A stretch of 64,000 nt of DNA from Promethearchaeota archaeon (GTDB taxonomy: Archaea; Asgardarchaeota; Lokiarchaeia; Sigyniarchaeales; SOKP01). The notes under the pieces are model-generated. The model saw only the letters and a list, made by a program, of their open reading frames with translations. It searched no databases and was not told the DNA's origin. The position numbers were made by a program, and so were the translations under genes. Position 1 is the stretch's first letter. Each line of letters starts with the position of its first letter. Below are positions 9,456-19,789 of this stretch, piece by piece. The stretch is from NCBI GenBank assembly GCA_019894975.1, contig JAGXNO010000011.1, positions 16,480 through 80,479 of the forward strand, in the 5' to 3' direction.

Positions 9456-10376
9456 TTATTTTATTAAGATCCCTGAAAAATATCCAACTGTCCAAGGATG
9501 TCTTCCAGGAGATATATCTTTGCTATTATAAGATTTTAAGCACTTACCTTTATTTATATTTAATTTTTGACCAATAGCGAGTAATGTAGCAATTGCGTGT
9601 CGACCACACACAGAAGGTCTTCTTTCTCCCATTTCGAATTTATCATATAATTCTTGATTTACATAGTTTTCAGGTTTAAGGAATTGTTCGGGATCAAGTT
9701 TCAAAAATTGGTCGATTTCGATTTGATCAATTTCTCTAAGAGTTTTCAATTGCTCATCGTTATATACATTGTAATGCGACATATCTGAGGAAACCACTAC
9801 TACAATATCTTTAGAAGAGCTATTTATCAATTCTACAATATCGTCAGCAATTTGTTCCAAATCTTTAAATTTATGAGAAAATATTTTAATTGGTAATATC
9901 TTAACATCTTTATCTTCTGCGCAATATTTGATGAATGGTATTAAAAGTTCAAGACTATTTTCTTTGATTCCTAAGAATACAGACTCGTTAGAAACAATTA
10001 TTTTGCTTATTGCTAATAATTTCTCAGCTAATTCATTATCAATTTTTACGTTTCCTAGTGGTGTTTCCCATTCTCCTTCTTTTAATATCGAGTTGGGGCC
10101 AATTCCTCCATGATAAAATCCAATTACAATTAGTACATCGGGGATTTTTTCCTTAAACAAATTTAAAAAAGTAAAAGCGGCACATGATCCAGAAATTTCT
10201 ATTCCTGCGTGAGGTGAAACACCACCTATAATAGTTCTTTTATTTAAATTTAAAGATTTTGGCTTTTCTCCCGGTCCAAATTCTTTGTTAGTAAAACAAC
10301 GGTCTAATAAATTAGTTAATCCTTCGTGACTATGAGGATACCAAGAGCCTGCAAAGAAAGATTTTCTAATTACCAT
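9456..10376 (-). CDS. MEMO1 family / AmmeMemoRadiSam system protein B
   Basis: R...AGSWYP, VSPHAG, WETPLG, ENSLE, SSDMSHY, SVCG and VGY motifs. Confidence 0.9.
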   Translation of the reverse strand: MVIRKSFFAGSWYPHSHEGLTNLLDRCFTNKEFGPGEKPKSLNLNKRTIIGGVSPHAGIEISGSCAAFTFLNLFKEKIPDVLIVIGFYHGGIGPNSILKEGEWETPLGNVKIDNELAEKLLAISKIIVSNESVFLGIKENSLELLIPFIKYCAEDKDVKILPIKIFSHKFKDLEQIADDIVELINSSSKDIVVVVSSDMSHYNVYNDEQLKTLREIDQIEIDQFLKLDPEQFLKPENYVNQELYDKFEMGERRPSVCGRHAIATLLAIGQKLNINKGKCLKSYNSKDISPGRHPWTVGYFSGILIK

Positions 10377-10649
10377 ATTATTCTCACAATCTTATCTTAA
10401 TTAAATACTATTTATATAGCTTCATATATATTATTTTAGAATATCCCTAAGGTGAATTAAGATAATGGCATCTCAGTTGTATAGAATTTGAGATTAAGAA
10501 TAAATATATTCTTATTAAAGCAGAATTCATTATTAAGACAACCTATAAATCTTATATTGAGAGGATTATAGATAGATTTATTCGATATAATGCAAAATTT
10601 AAATTTCCTAATTTAGTAGTATTCTTAAGCTATATTAAATAATTCTATA

Positions 10650-11258
10650 ATGATGAATGACGTTAAAGACGGTAAAATATCTCTTGATGATATAGAATTA
10701 CCCGAAAAGATTCCAGCAAAATTCATTAATTCAAGAGTGATAATCTTTAATCCCCTTTTTGCTTCTTATCTTTATGTAAAGGGCATCAATGGTCAACGTT
10801 TTTTTGGATCACCATTAGGCATAAATAAGCCACGATTAGAATATTTTTCAAAACCCTCAGAATTATCACTAATAGAAGCGTACTATTTATTGGAAAAAGA
10901 ATATATATCGATTTTTGACGTCATAGAAAACAAAGAATTAGAAGCTAAAGACTTTTATGAAATAGCATTAAAAATCCATCATAAATTTGAAGAAAAATAT
11001 AAAATCTATAAAGACTTACGAAATAAGAATTACGTACCTAGACCTGGATTAAAATTTGGGGCAGATTTTGTCGTATATCGTCTCGGACCGGGTCTTGAAC
11101 ATTCACTTTTCATGGTGCATGTTTTACCCCATGATTCTGAAATTACCGCAGTAGATATGGTACGAGCGGGAAGATTAGCAACATCAGTAAGAAAGAAATT
11201 TGTAATCGCCAATCCTATGACAAATTCTTATTATTTCTTTGAATGGTTTAAACCCTAA
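10650..11258 (+). CDS. endA: tRNA-splicing endonuclease, catalytic subunit
   Basis: LSLIEAYYL, YKDLR, GLKFGADFVVY (Tyr), GPGLEHS (His) and RLATSVRKK (Lys): the catalytic triad is intact. Confidence 0.95.
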   Translation: MMNDVKDGKISLDDIELPEKIPAKFINSRVIIFNPLFASYLYVKGINGQRFFGSPLGINKPRLEYFSKPSELSLIEAYYLLEKEYISIFDVIENKELEAKDFYEIALKIHHKFEEKYKIYKDLRNKNYVPRPGLKFGADFVVYRLGPGLEHSLFMVHVLPHDSEITAVDMVRAGRLATSVRKKFVIANPMTNSYYFFEWFKP

Positions 11259-11277
11259 TAAAATCTTATAATTTTTC

Positions 11278-13083
11278 TCAGGCAACTTGAACATTTAATT
11301 GTCGGGTGAGTTTTTTCCTTATGGATTCTATTTTCAGGAAATCGTCATTATCAACAGTTTTACTGATTCTTAATATGGCATTAACCAGATCAGGATCAAT
11401 TAAATTTTCAATTAAGACTCCCTGATCTACAAGGTCTTTACCCTGGTTGTAAATAAGTAATATGAGTTTTATCATCCCTAATAATTTTTTAACGTTGGTA
11501 TAGCTATCAATTTCATCAAAAGCACTTTGGATGAGAAATCCATTTTTAATTAGTCTAGATATAAATAAGATTAGCTGCTGAGATTCTGGTAAATTTTTCT
11601 CACCAACTAATTGAATAACGTACTTAAGCTCTTGTTCTTGAGATAAAATCTCATTTACTTGCTTCCGGCATTCTACCCAATCAATATCTATTTCCTTCCA
11701 ATCAATATCTCTCTCATACCACCAATCCGCTAAGTACGCAGCATAGTTTGAATAGGAACTTGCCCAGTCTATTGCGGGATAATGTTTCAGATATGCCAAT
11801 TTTGGATCCAAAGCCCAAAAAACCTGGACAAGTCTTTTTGAAGTGGCTGTAACCGGTTCACTAAAATCTCCAGCAGGTGGAGAGATTGTGCCCAAAATCG
11901 TCAGAGATCCATTTCTTTCTCCACCTAAATGATCTTTTCCTATATTTTTAACCACACCTGCGCGTTCATAAAAGCTAGATAGTTTTGATGGTAAATAAGC
12001 AGGATACCCTTCTTCAGCAGGCATTTCTTCTAAAAGTCCAGAAATTTCTCTCAAAGATTCCGCCCATCGCGATGTACTGTCAGCTAATACAACAACATCA
12101 TATCCCATATCTCGATAGTATTCAGCTATGGTAACTCCTGAAAATAAACTAGCCTCGCGCGCTGAAACAGGCATGTTTGAGGTATTTGCAATAAGAACGA
12201 TATGATCTATTAAGGGGGCTCCAGTTGTTCTATCCTTAGTTTCTGAAAATTGCTTTAAAATATTTGCTATCTCGTTCCCCGGCTCCCCGCAACCAATGAA
12301 AATGATCACATCAGCATTACACCACTTTGCAAGGGATTGTTGGATAATAGTCTTCCCCGTTCCGAATCCTCCTGGAATCGCAGTAGTACCGCCCTTTGCT
12401 AATGGAAATAATAAATCTATAACACGCATTCCAGTAATTAAAGGTTCGTTTGGATCTTCTTTCTTTTTATAAGGTCTACTCTTGGTAACTGGCCATTTTT
12501 GTAACATCGGAAAAGAAGTTTCAACTCCATCAATCTTTAATCGATATATTTCATCAACGATAATATAATCTCCCTCAGGAGCAATATGAGTTAGATTACC
12601 TTTAATATTAGGAGGCACCATGATTTTGTGTTCTATTATAGGTGTTTCTTGCACAGTCCCGATAATATCCCCGCCATCAACTTCCTTGTTTATTTCCATT
12701 TGTGGTGTAAAGTGCCATTTTTTGTCCCGAGAAAGAGGCGGGTATTTTATTCCCCGATCCAGTTTACCAGAAGTGTCACTATTAAAAACTCTTTCTAAGG
12801 GTCTCTGGATTCCATCAAAAACACTTGATAATAAGCCAGGACCCAATTCCATAGAAAGAGGAACCTCTAAACTAATTACATCCTCATTTAATTTTACTTT
12901 CATAGTATTATCGAAACATTGGACAATAATATGATCTGAATAGATTTGAATTATTTCCCCTAAAATATTATGTTTAAGTATTTTAACGATATCATGTAGA
13001 CGTGACACCTCTTCAAGTCCTTTTACTTTTATTAAGGATCCTATAATTTCTGCTATATATCCTGTTTTCTGTTCTGTCATCAT
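11278..13083 (-). CDS. atpA: A/V-type ATPase subunit A paralog (second copy, GEPGNE variant)
   Basis: P-loop [28 protein letters not shown] and [19 protein letters not shown] is changed to GEPGNE. Confidence 0.9.
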   Translation of the reverse strand: MMTEQKTGYIAEIIGSLIKVKGLEEVSRLHDIVKILKHNILGEIIQIYSDHIIVQCFDNTMKVKLNEDVISLEVPLSMELGPGLLSSVFDGIQRPLERVFNSDTSGKLDRGIKYPPLSRDKKWHFTPQMEINKEVDGGDIIGTVQETPIIEHKIMVPPNIKGNLTHIAPEGDYIIVDEIYRLKIDGVETSFPMLQKWPVTKSRPYKKKEDPNEPLITGMRVIDLLFPLAKGGTTAIPGGFGTGKTIIQQSLAKWCNADVIIFIGCGEPGNEIANILKQFSETKDRTTGAPLIDHIVLIANTSNMPVSAREASLFSGVTIAEYYRDMGYDVVVLADSTSRWAESLREISGLLEEMPAEEGYPAYLPSKLSSFYERAGVVKNIGKDHLGGERNGSLTILGTISPPAGDFSEPVTATSKRLVQVFWALDPKLAYLKHYPAIDWASSYSNYAAYLADWWYERDIDWKEIDIDWVECRKQVNEILSQEQELKYVIQLVGEKNLPESQQLILFISRLIKNGFLIQSAFDEIDSYTNVKKLLGMIKLILLIYNQGKDLVDQGVLIENLIDPDLVNAILRISKTVDNDDFLKIESIRKKLTRQLNVQVA

Positions 13084-13089
13084 AATTTC

Positions 13090-13551
13090 CTAATATTTCA
13101 CATTTTTATTACAAAAGGGACATTGCTTTACAAAGTTTGGTATGATATTGCCACAATTTCTGCATTTTAGTACAATAGGTTTATAATATTTTGTACTTAA
13201 CCTAATGGGTCTACGAATCCTGCGTTGTGTTTGTTCAATTTCCTTCTTTTGTGATATCGAACTACTTGTCTCAATAGGGGGCTCTCTCCTTTTGTCTGGG
13301 AACATCTTTGAATATAAAGATTTACCTTTTTTCCGAAATAACAACCCAATCGTCATTAAAAGTATAAATATGATAATTAAAATTGTTATTACTGGATCGC
13401 TTCCAGATTCTACAAGAATATAATATAAATAACCAAGAATAAGTAAATAGATTACTAAAAAAACTATACGAATAACAAACCGTTTTCGAGGATATCTATT
13501 AACATTATTTTCAGTTGCCATAAAATATTTACTCAGATACTGAATTTTCAT
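13090..13551 (-). CDS. Two-TM membrane protein with C-terminal zinc ribbon
   Basis: Two hydrophobic helices followed by CRNC...CPFC. Lies inside the ATPase operon. Confidence 0.7.
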   Translation of the reverse strand: MKIQYLSKYFMATENNVNRYPRKRFVIRIVFLVIYLLILGYLYYILVESGSDPVITILIIIFILLMTIGLLFRKKGKSLYSKMFPDKRREPPIETSSSISQKKEIEQTQRRIRRPIRLSTKYYKPIVLKCRNCGNIIPNFVKQCPFCNKNVKY

Positions 13552-15894
13552 CTATTCATATTTTTTTGAAATATAACTTATAGCTTTATCAATTTCTTCT
13601 TTAACTGATACAGTATCAATTTCCTTCTCAATTTCTTCAGAAATTATATCTTTTCCAATTTCCGCTTGAAATGTCATGATAGAATAATCGCTATCTAAAT
13701 AAAATGGAAAATATTCAATTCCAGAGCCTCTGTAGAATTTGAAAAAGAACTCGTAATAATGCAATCGCATAGTATTAATGAAAACAAGAAGACCTTCGAT
13801 TATGATAACGACTAGGTTCCCAAAAATTGCCCCCACAAACTTCAGTAACTCAATCAAGAATCCTTCACCTTCGATTAAATTTCCCATTTCATTAAAGGAG
13901 AATATTAAAGCAATATGAGCTAATGCTAAAGCTAATAACCTAATATAAGATAATACATTACTCATAACAGACAATATTGTTTCAAATGTTTCAATAGTAC
14001 CTTCTCCGATTAAACTTCCAACAGATTCCTCTTGAAGATATGAAATCCCAATAATCTTACCGAGAGGTTTTAAAATCAATAATAATATACCGGGAATCAG
14101 TGTTAATAAAATAGGGTAAGGAGGGGCCGTCCAAGCGTAAATATCAAAACCATTGTTGAAAATAAGAGTATAACCACCTATTAGTAAAAGAATCTTGATA
14201 AGAGAATCACTTAATGCTAGATACTTCCTGTTTTGTTTCCAGTAATTTAAGAATTGTATAAACCATCCTAAAATAATATGGAAAACTCCAATTATAATAG
14301 TAAAATAAAACACAGAAAGAATATTGTTCAATGGATTGTATAATGTAAAATTAAAGAATGGGATCCATTCTGGTTTAATAATTCCGAAACTAATAAATGA
14401 GATTATTTCAGAGAGTTTAAAGCTTTTTAACTCAAAGTAAACTTTTCCAAATATTTCGATCTCTTCTTTACCAAAAAATTCTCCATATAAAAATCCTACA
14501 AAGAAAGAAGCAATTCCACAAAAAAAGATAATCCAACTAAAACTCGCAATCCCCTTACTCCGGTTCCTTAAAAACCACGCACCTAATAATCCAGAAATCA
14601 TCAATGTTAATCCATGACCTATATCTCCAAACATTAAACCAAATAATATTGGAAAAGTAATAGCAATAAAAGGAGTAGGATCTATTTCTGAATAAGTGGG
14701 TGTGCCATACATTTTAGTGATCATTTCAAAGGGCCTAAAGAGAAAGAAGTTCTTCATTACTGTTGGAGCAGTATCTCGTAAATCTTCTAATTTTTTCCCT
14801 GATTCGGTTATCTCTTTTTCAATATCACCCACATCAGGTTTTGGTTCTCCTTTTGGTTCTTTAATTCTTTTCTTCTTTCCTTTAAACGATTCAAATATTG
14901 GACGTTTCTTAGATATTTTTATTGATTCAATCGTAATATTATCTTTAAACATTGTGAATAGGTCTTGAATTACTTTGTTTCTGAGTCTTGAAGGAATAAA
15001 AAATTTTAAAGATAACCGATTTGGTCCCGCCATTTCAAACTGTTCTTCTGCCCAATTGTATTCCTCTATATTTTGAACAATTTCATTTATACTAGCAAAT
15101 ATAAGTAAATTATCTTGAGCAATACGAGTCTGTTCTTTTTGATACCGAGAAACCAAATTTTCGATGAAATGTAATTCTTTATCAATTCTTTTAAAATTTA
15201 TTCCCTCTTTTGTTAAGTATTTTTTGAGAATTTGTACTTCTTCTGAATGGATAAGACGAATTCTCCCATTAAATTCATTTTCCCGATCTTTCGGATATAT
15301 GATATAAAATCCAATTCGATCTTCACTTAATTCAAACGTCTCATAATAATTAGGAAATTCAGATGAATCGAACAAATTTTTTAAATTAGCTAAATTTTTG
15401 GAAAATGTAGTAAAAACACGAAAACTAAAATATTTTAAATTCTCAATAACGTCTGTATTCAGATTTATCCGTTCCAAGTTTTCATAACTAGATTTAATAA
15501 TCTTTATACTCTCTAATTCAATAATTCCTGTTGAAATATAACTTTTTAATTCACTCACTCTATTTGAATAAAAATCAATTTCTTCTGTAACATGGTCAAT
15601 CAATTCAGAGAAGTCATTCGCAACAAATTCCATTCTCTCACTTCTTTCAATTTTTAAATCCAGGACATCCTGTACCCCAGTATCAAGTCTTTTAAATAAA
15701 GTATTCAAACTTTTTCTTAAATCTTTGATATTTTGTTTAGTGGAATCCTTAAAGTCTCCACTTCCTTTGATTTTAGGTTTTTTTCTTGACTTGATATGCA
15801 CAGCATTTATGTTAGAAAGTTCCATAAGAAATTGATCTTTATAATTTTGATTGATTTCCGCTCTAATTAAACTAAACTCTTCTTTCTTTACCAT
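13552..15894 (-). CDS. atpI: A/V-type ATPase subunit I (a)
   Basis: YGTPTYSEIDPTP, FGLMFGDIGHG, SYIRLLAL (essential Arg) and RLHYYEFF. Confidence 0.93.
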   Translation of the reverse strand: MVKKEEFSLIRAEINQNYKDQFLMELSNINAVHIKSRKKPKIKGSGDFKDSTKQNIKDLRKSLNTLFKRLDTGVQDVLDLKIERSERMEFVANDFSELIDHVTEEIDFYSNRVSELKSYISTGIIELESIKIIKSSYENLERINLNTDVIENLKYFSFRVFTTFSKNLANLKNLFDSSEFPNYYETFELSEDRIGFYIIYPKDRENEFNGRIRLIHSEEVQILKKYLTKEGINFKRIDKELHFIENLVSRYQKEQTRIAQDNLLIFASINEIVQNIEEYNWAEEQFEMAGPNRLSLKFFIPSRLRNKVIQDLFTMFKDNITIESIKISKKRPIFESFKGKKKRIKEPKGEPKPDVGDIEKEITESGKKLEDLRDTAPTVMKNFFLFRPFEMITKMYGTPTYSEIDPTPFIAITFPILFGLMFGDIGHGLTLMISGLLGAWFLRNRSKGIASFSWIIFFCGIASFFVGFLYGEFFGKEEIEIFGKVYFELKSFKLSEIISFISFGIIKPEWIPFFNFTLYNPLNNILSVFYFTIIIGVFHIILGWFIQFLNYWKQNRKYLALSDSLIKILLLIGGYTLIFNNGFDIYAWTAPPYPILLTLIPGILLLILKPLGKIIGISYLQEESVGSLIGEGTIETFETILSVMSNVLSYIRLLALALAHIALIFSFNEMGNLIEGEGFLIELLKFVGAIFGNLVVIIIEGLLVFINTMRLHYYEFFFKFYRGSGIEYFPFYLDSDYSIMTFQAEIGKDIISEEIEKEIDTVSVKEEIDKAISYISKKYE

Positions 15895-15905
15895 CTACAT
15901 CATGC

Positions 15906-16553
15906 TTATATATTTTTTTGCTGATTTATAATCAAATCTTTCGTTTTTTTTAATCGTATATAACCTTCTCTCTCAATTTCTTCTAAAACATCCTTTATCT
16001 TTTTAATATCCTCTTTTAACCTTGGTATTATGATATTTTTAAGCCCGTTTATCCTACGGTTAACCTTTTTGAAATTAAGAGAATATTTTAATAATAAATC
16101 CTCTATTTCAGAAAATTTAATTAAAGCGTCAAAAAATTGATTTAAGACAATTATTAAATCATCAAGATAATGACTAGTGTTTTCAAACGTATAAGCGGGA
16201 AGAACTTCCTCTCGTGATAATTTATAGTCTACATGAGATACAAGGATTCCTGCTTTTTTTTTATATCGAATGGCTATAACCGGTTTATGTTGTATTTTAC
16301 TCAATCTACTAATTAAATTCAGACCGTACTTACCCATTTCCTCATAAGTGTGATTCAATTTTAAAAGTGATTGTTTAAACAGAGAAATAAATTCAATTCT
16401 TAGTTTATTATATTCTTTCCATATCAGCTTAATTGTGAACATTAATTGTTCTCGTTTAAATTCTAAATATGTTTCTCCTTTGGTAGCAAAGTTAAGCCGT
16501 TTAGCTAATACCATTAAATTTGATTTTGTTGGTTTAAGTTCTCTAAAGCTGAT
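15906..16553 (-). CDS. atpD: A/V-type ATPase subunit D (probable ATC start)
   Basis: NRRINGLKNIIIPRL and LEEIERE..RLKK motifs. The in-frame upstream SFRELKPTKSNL matches the conserved N-terminal PT(R/K)xxL of subunit D. Confidence 0.88.
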   Translation of the reverse strand: MSFRELKPTKSNLMVLAKRLNFATKGETYLEFKREQLMFTIKLIWKEYNKLRIEFISLFKQSLLKLNHTYEEMGKYGLNLISRLSKIQHKPVIAIRYKKKAGILVSHVDYKLSREEVLPAYTFENTSHYLDDLIIVLNQFFDALIKFSEIEDLLLKYSLNFKKVNRRINGLKNIIIPRLKEDIKKIKDVLEEIEREGYIRLKKTKDLIINQQKNI

Positions 16554-16556
16554 CTC

Positions 16557-17948
16557 TTACACCTTTGATTGATAAAAATCGTCTATAAATTTTTGACGAA
16601 TCCTAAATAATTGATTTGGAGTCAAATTTGAAAGTACATCCCATGATAAATTCATTGTATCTTCAAAACTTCGTTCCTCGTCTGATTTTTGATTTAATAA
16701 CGTTTGTTCAAAATCATTTCCAAATGCTAAAATATTTTTTTGATCATGAGTTAATCCATCTTCTCCTACAACTGAGATAAGATCCTTAACTTCTAAGTAA
16801 TTTGAGTATGAAGCTAGTAATTGTGAATTAACATCGGCATGATCTTCTCTGGTTCTCTCTTTACCAATTGCATCTTTCATTAATCTGGAAATTGATGATA
16901 ACACATCAAAAGGAGGATAAATTCCTTTTTTATGTAGACTTCGACTGAGGACCAACTGTCCTTCAGTAATATAACCGGTAGTATCTGGTATAGGATGGGA
17001 AATATCATCGTTTGGCATTGTTAAAATTGGTATTTGGGTTATTGAACCTTTTTTTCCTTTAATTTTACCTGTTCTCTCATATAATGAAGCGAGATCAGAA
17101 TATATGTAGCCAGGATATCCTTTCCTACTGGGGATTTCTTCCTTCGCCGAGCTCAGTTCTCTTAAAGCTTCACAATAGTTTGTCATGTCAATTAAAATGA
17201 CGAGAATATGCATATCTTTTTCGAATGCGAAATATTCTGCTGTAGTTAAGGCTACTCTTGGGATGATCAATCTTTCAATTATTGGATCATCTGCAAAATT
17301 TATAAATGAGATAATATTCTGGATGGTTCCACTTTCTTGAAATTTCTTTAAAAAGTAAATAGCTTCATCCTGAATTATACCTATCCCGCAAAAGATTATA
17401 GCAAAAGGCTCTTCTGATGTAACTTTAGCTTGTGTGGCGATTTGAGCAGCTAGTTTATTATGTGGCATGCCTTGTCCACTGAAAATAGGAAGTTTTTGAC
17501 CTCTAATTAATGTAAACAACCCATCTATTACAGATATTCCGGTTTGGACAACATCTACAGGATATTCCCTTGCAAAAGGATTGATGGGAACGCCATTTAT
17601 ATCCCTTTGAACATCTGTTAATAAATCTGAATCTAGCACTTCTTTAGTTTTAATATCAATAGGTCTGCCCAATGAATTAAAAGTTTGACCAAACATATCC
17701 TTTGAGATTTTCACATTAAAGATGTCTTCTGTAAAAACAATTTCAGCATTTTCTGTAGATAATCCTGTTGTATCTTCAAAAACTTCAATGACAATTATTT
17801 CTTCACTCATCTTTATTACTCGTCCTGTCCTTACCATACCGTCGACAGTTCTTATTTTTACAATTTCACCATATTGAGCATCGTGCTCATTTTTTAGAAA
17901 AAGAAGGGGTCCAATGATTCGTTCAATTTTTCTATAAATTACACTCAT
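16557..17948 (-). CDS. atpB: A/V-type ATPase subunit B
   Basis: RGQKLPIFSG, DMTNYCEALRE, GYPGYIYSDL and PDTTGYITEGQ. Confidence 0.95.
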   Translation of the reverse strand: MSVIYRKIERIIGPLLFLKNEHDAQYGEIVKIRTVDGMVRTGRVIKMSEEIIVIEVFEDTTGLSTENAEIVFTEDIFNVKISKDMFGQTFNSLGRPIDIKTKEVLDSDLLTDVQRDINGVPINPFAREYPVDVVQTGISVIDGLFTLIRGQKLPIFSGQGMPHNKLAAQIATQAKVTSEEPFAIIFCGIGIIQDEAIYFLKKFQESGTIQNIISFINFADDPIIERLIIPRVALTTAEYFAFEKDMHILVILIDMTNYCEALRELSSAKEEIPSRKGYPGYIYSDLASLYERTGKIKGKKGSITQIPILTMPNDDISHPIPDTTGYITEGQLVLSRSLHKKGIYPPFDVLSSISRLMKDAIGKERTREDHADVNSQLLASYSNYLEVKDLISVVGEDGLTHDQKNILAFGNDFEQTLLNQKSDEERSFEDTMNLSWDVLSNLTPNQLFRIRQKFIDDFYQSKV

Positions 17949-19789
17949 TATTTTTTAATTACTCCATGTGTTAATTTCAAAAATTCAATTTCATTAAGCA
18001 ATTTCATTTTAATCTCTTCAATTTTTTCTATATTATCATTTGGGATAGTACGGTTTATTCTTAAAATATCATTAATAGATTTAAGTGATTTTATATCTTC
18101 CATATATAATCCCTGTTTCAATAATTCCTTACTTTCTTTAAAGAGTAAAAGAATAATTTTTATCATAGCTAAGAGTTTGCCAATATTTGTAAAATTATCA
18201 ATTTCATCAAAAGCGTTTTGAATTAAAAACGAATTTGTTAACAATCGCGCCATATAAACATCTAACTGTTGATTGTCAGATAAATTTTCTTCACCAATTA
18301 ATTGAGTTATATATTTTAGTTCATTATCTTTTGATAAAATCTCGTTAACTTGGTTTCGACAATCAAGCCAGTCAATATCAATCTCAACCCAGTCAATATC
18401 CCTTTCAAACCACCAATCTGATATATAATCCGGATAATTCGAATATGAATTTAACCAATTTATGGCAGGATAGTGTTTTGAATATGCCAATTGTGCATCT
18501 AAAGCCCAGATTCCTTGTACAAAATTTTTTGTGGTAGCGGTTACGGGCTCACTAAAATCTCCTGCTGGAGGGCTCACTGAACCGATGATCGTCAAAGATC
18601 CCCGAGTTTCGTTTCCAGATTCATCTTTCCCATGAAGCTTAACAATTCCTGCTCTTTCATAGAAACTAGAAAGCTTTGATGGTAAATATGCAGGATATCC
18701 TTCCTCTGCAGGCATTTCTTCCAAAAGACCAGATATTTCTCTTAAAGATTCCGCCCACCTTGAAGTGCTATCAGCAAGAACAGCAACGTCAAATCCCATA
18801 TCTCTATAATATTCCGCGATGGTTACTCCTGAAAAAATACTTGCTTCTCTAGCGGAAACAGGCATATTTGAAGTATTTGCAATAAGTACGATTCGATTCA
18901 ATAAAGGTTGATTGCTCTTTGGATCAATTAAAGCTGAAAATTGCTTCAATACATCAGCTATCTCGTTCCCTCGTTCCCCGCAACCTACAAATATAACAAC
19001 ATCCGCATTACACCATTTAGCTAAAGATTGTTGAATAACAGTTTTTCCTGTTCCGAAACCGCCAGGAACACCAATAGTTCCTCCTTTCGTTATAGGAAAT
19101 AGCAAATCTATTACACGCATTCCTGTAATTAATGGTTCTTCAGGAGAGAGTCTCTCCTTGAATGGTCTTGGTTTTGTTATTGGCCACTTTTGGAGCATCG
19201 CAAAAGACCTTTCATCTTTGTTAACTTTTAATCGAAAAATCTCATCTTCAATGGTATAATCTCCCTCAGGAGCAATATAAGTTAGTTTACCTTTTATTTT
19301 AGGAGGTACCATGATTTTATGTTCTATTGCGGGTGTTTCCTGAACAGTTCCCACTATATCTCCCCCTCTCATTTCCTTTGAAGTTATCTTTCGAGGTTTA
19401 AAGTGCCACATTTTCTCCCTTGATAATGAGGGTATTTCTAATCCTCTACGCAACCCCCCATTCTTAATTTGATCAAATGCTTTTTGTAAAGGCCTTTGAA
19501 TTCCATCAAAAATATGTCCTAACAATCCTGGTGCTAATTCCATTGAAAGTGGTTCATCTAAATTAAGAATTTCATCATTTATCCTTAGATTCATAGTGTT
19601 CTCAAAACACTGGGCCACAACATGATCTGAATAGATTTGAATAACCTCCCCTAAGATATTATGTTTTGTGACTTTAATCAAATCGTGGAGTTTGATCACT
19701 CTCTCTAATCCTTTTACTTTAATTAAAGAGCCTATAATTGCTGAAATCTTTCCATATTGAGATTCATTTTTAGATTTGGATTTGATCAT
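17948..19789 (-). CDS. atpA: A/V-type ATPase subunit A (catalytic)
   Basis: [16 protein letters not shown] and DSTSRWAE are intact. The ATG at 19789 is preferred over TTG 19798. Confidence 0.95.
   Translation of the reverse strand: MIKSKSKNESQYGKISAIIGSLIKVKGLERVIKLHDLIKVTKHNILGEVIQIYSDHVVAQCFENTMNLRINDEILNLDEPLSMELAPGLLGHIFDGIQRPLQKAFDQIKNGGLRRGLEIPSLSREKMWHFKPRKITSKEMRGGDIVGTVQETPAIEHKIMVPPKIKGKLTYIAPEGDYTIEDEIFRLKVNKDERSFAMLQKWPITKPRPFKERLSPEEPLITGMRVIDLLFPITKGGTIGVPGGFGTGKTVIQQSLAKWCNADVVIFVGCGERGNEIADVLKQFSALIDPKSNQPLLNRIVLIANTSNMPVSAREASIFSGVTIAEYYRDMGFDVAVLADSTSRWAESLREISGLLEEMPAEEGYPAYLPSKLSSFYERAGIVKLHGKDESGNETRGSLTIIGSVSPPAGDFSEPVTATTKNFVQGIWALDAQLAYSKHYPAINWLNSYSNYPDYISDWWFERDIDWVEIDIDWLDCRNQVNEILSKDNELKYITQLIGEENLSDNQQLDVYMARLLTNSFLIQNAFDEIDNFTNIGKLLAMIKIILLLFKESKELLKQGLYMEDIKSLKSINDILRINRTIPNDNIEKIEEIKMKLLNEIEFLKLTHGVIKK

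Noticed and set aside
9620-9690. Insertion in MEMO1 (ENYVNQELYDKFEM) as an in-frame intron
   Set aside because: Only a 5-bp hairpin and no BHB geometry; more likely a protein loop.
4630-19789. Inteins in RadA or the ATPase A subunits
   Set aside because: The proteins are of normal length with uninterrupted motifs.
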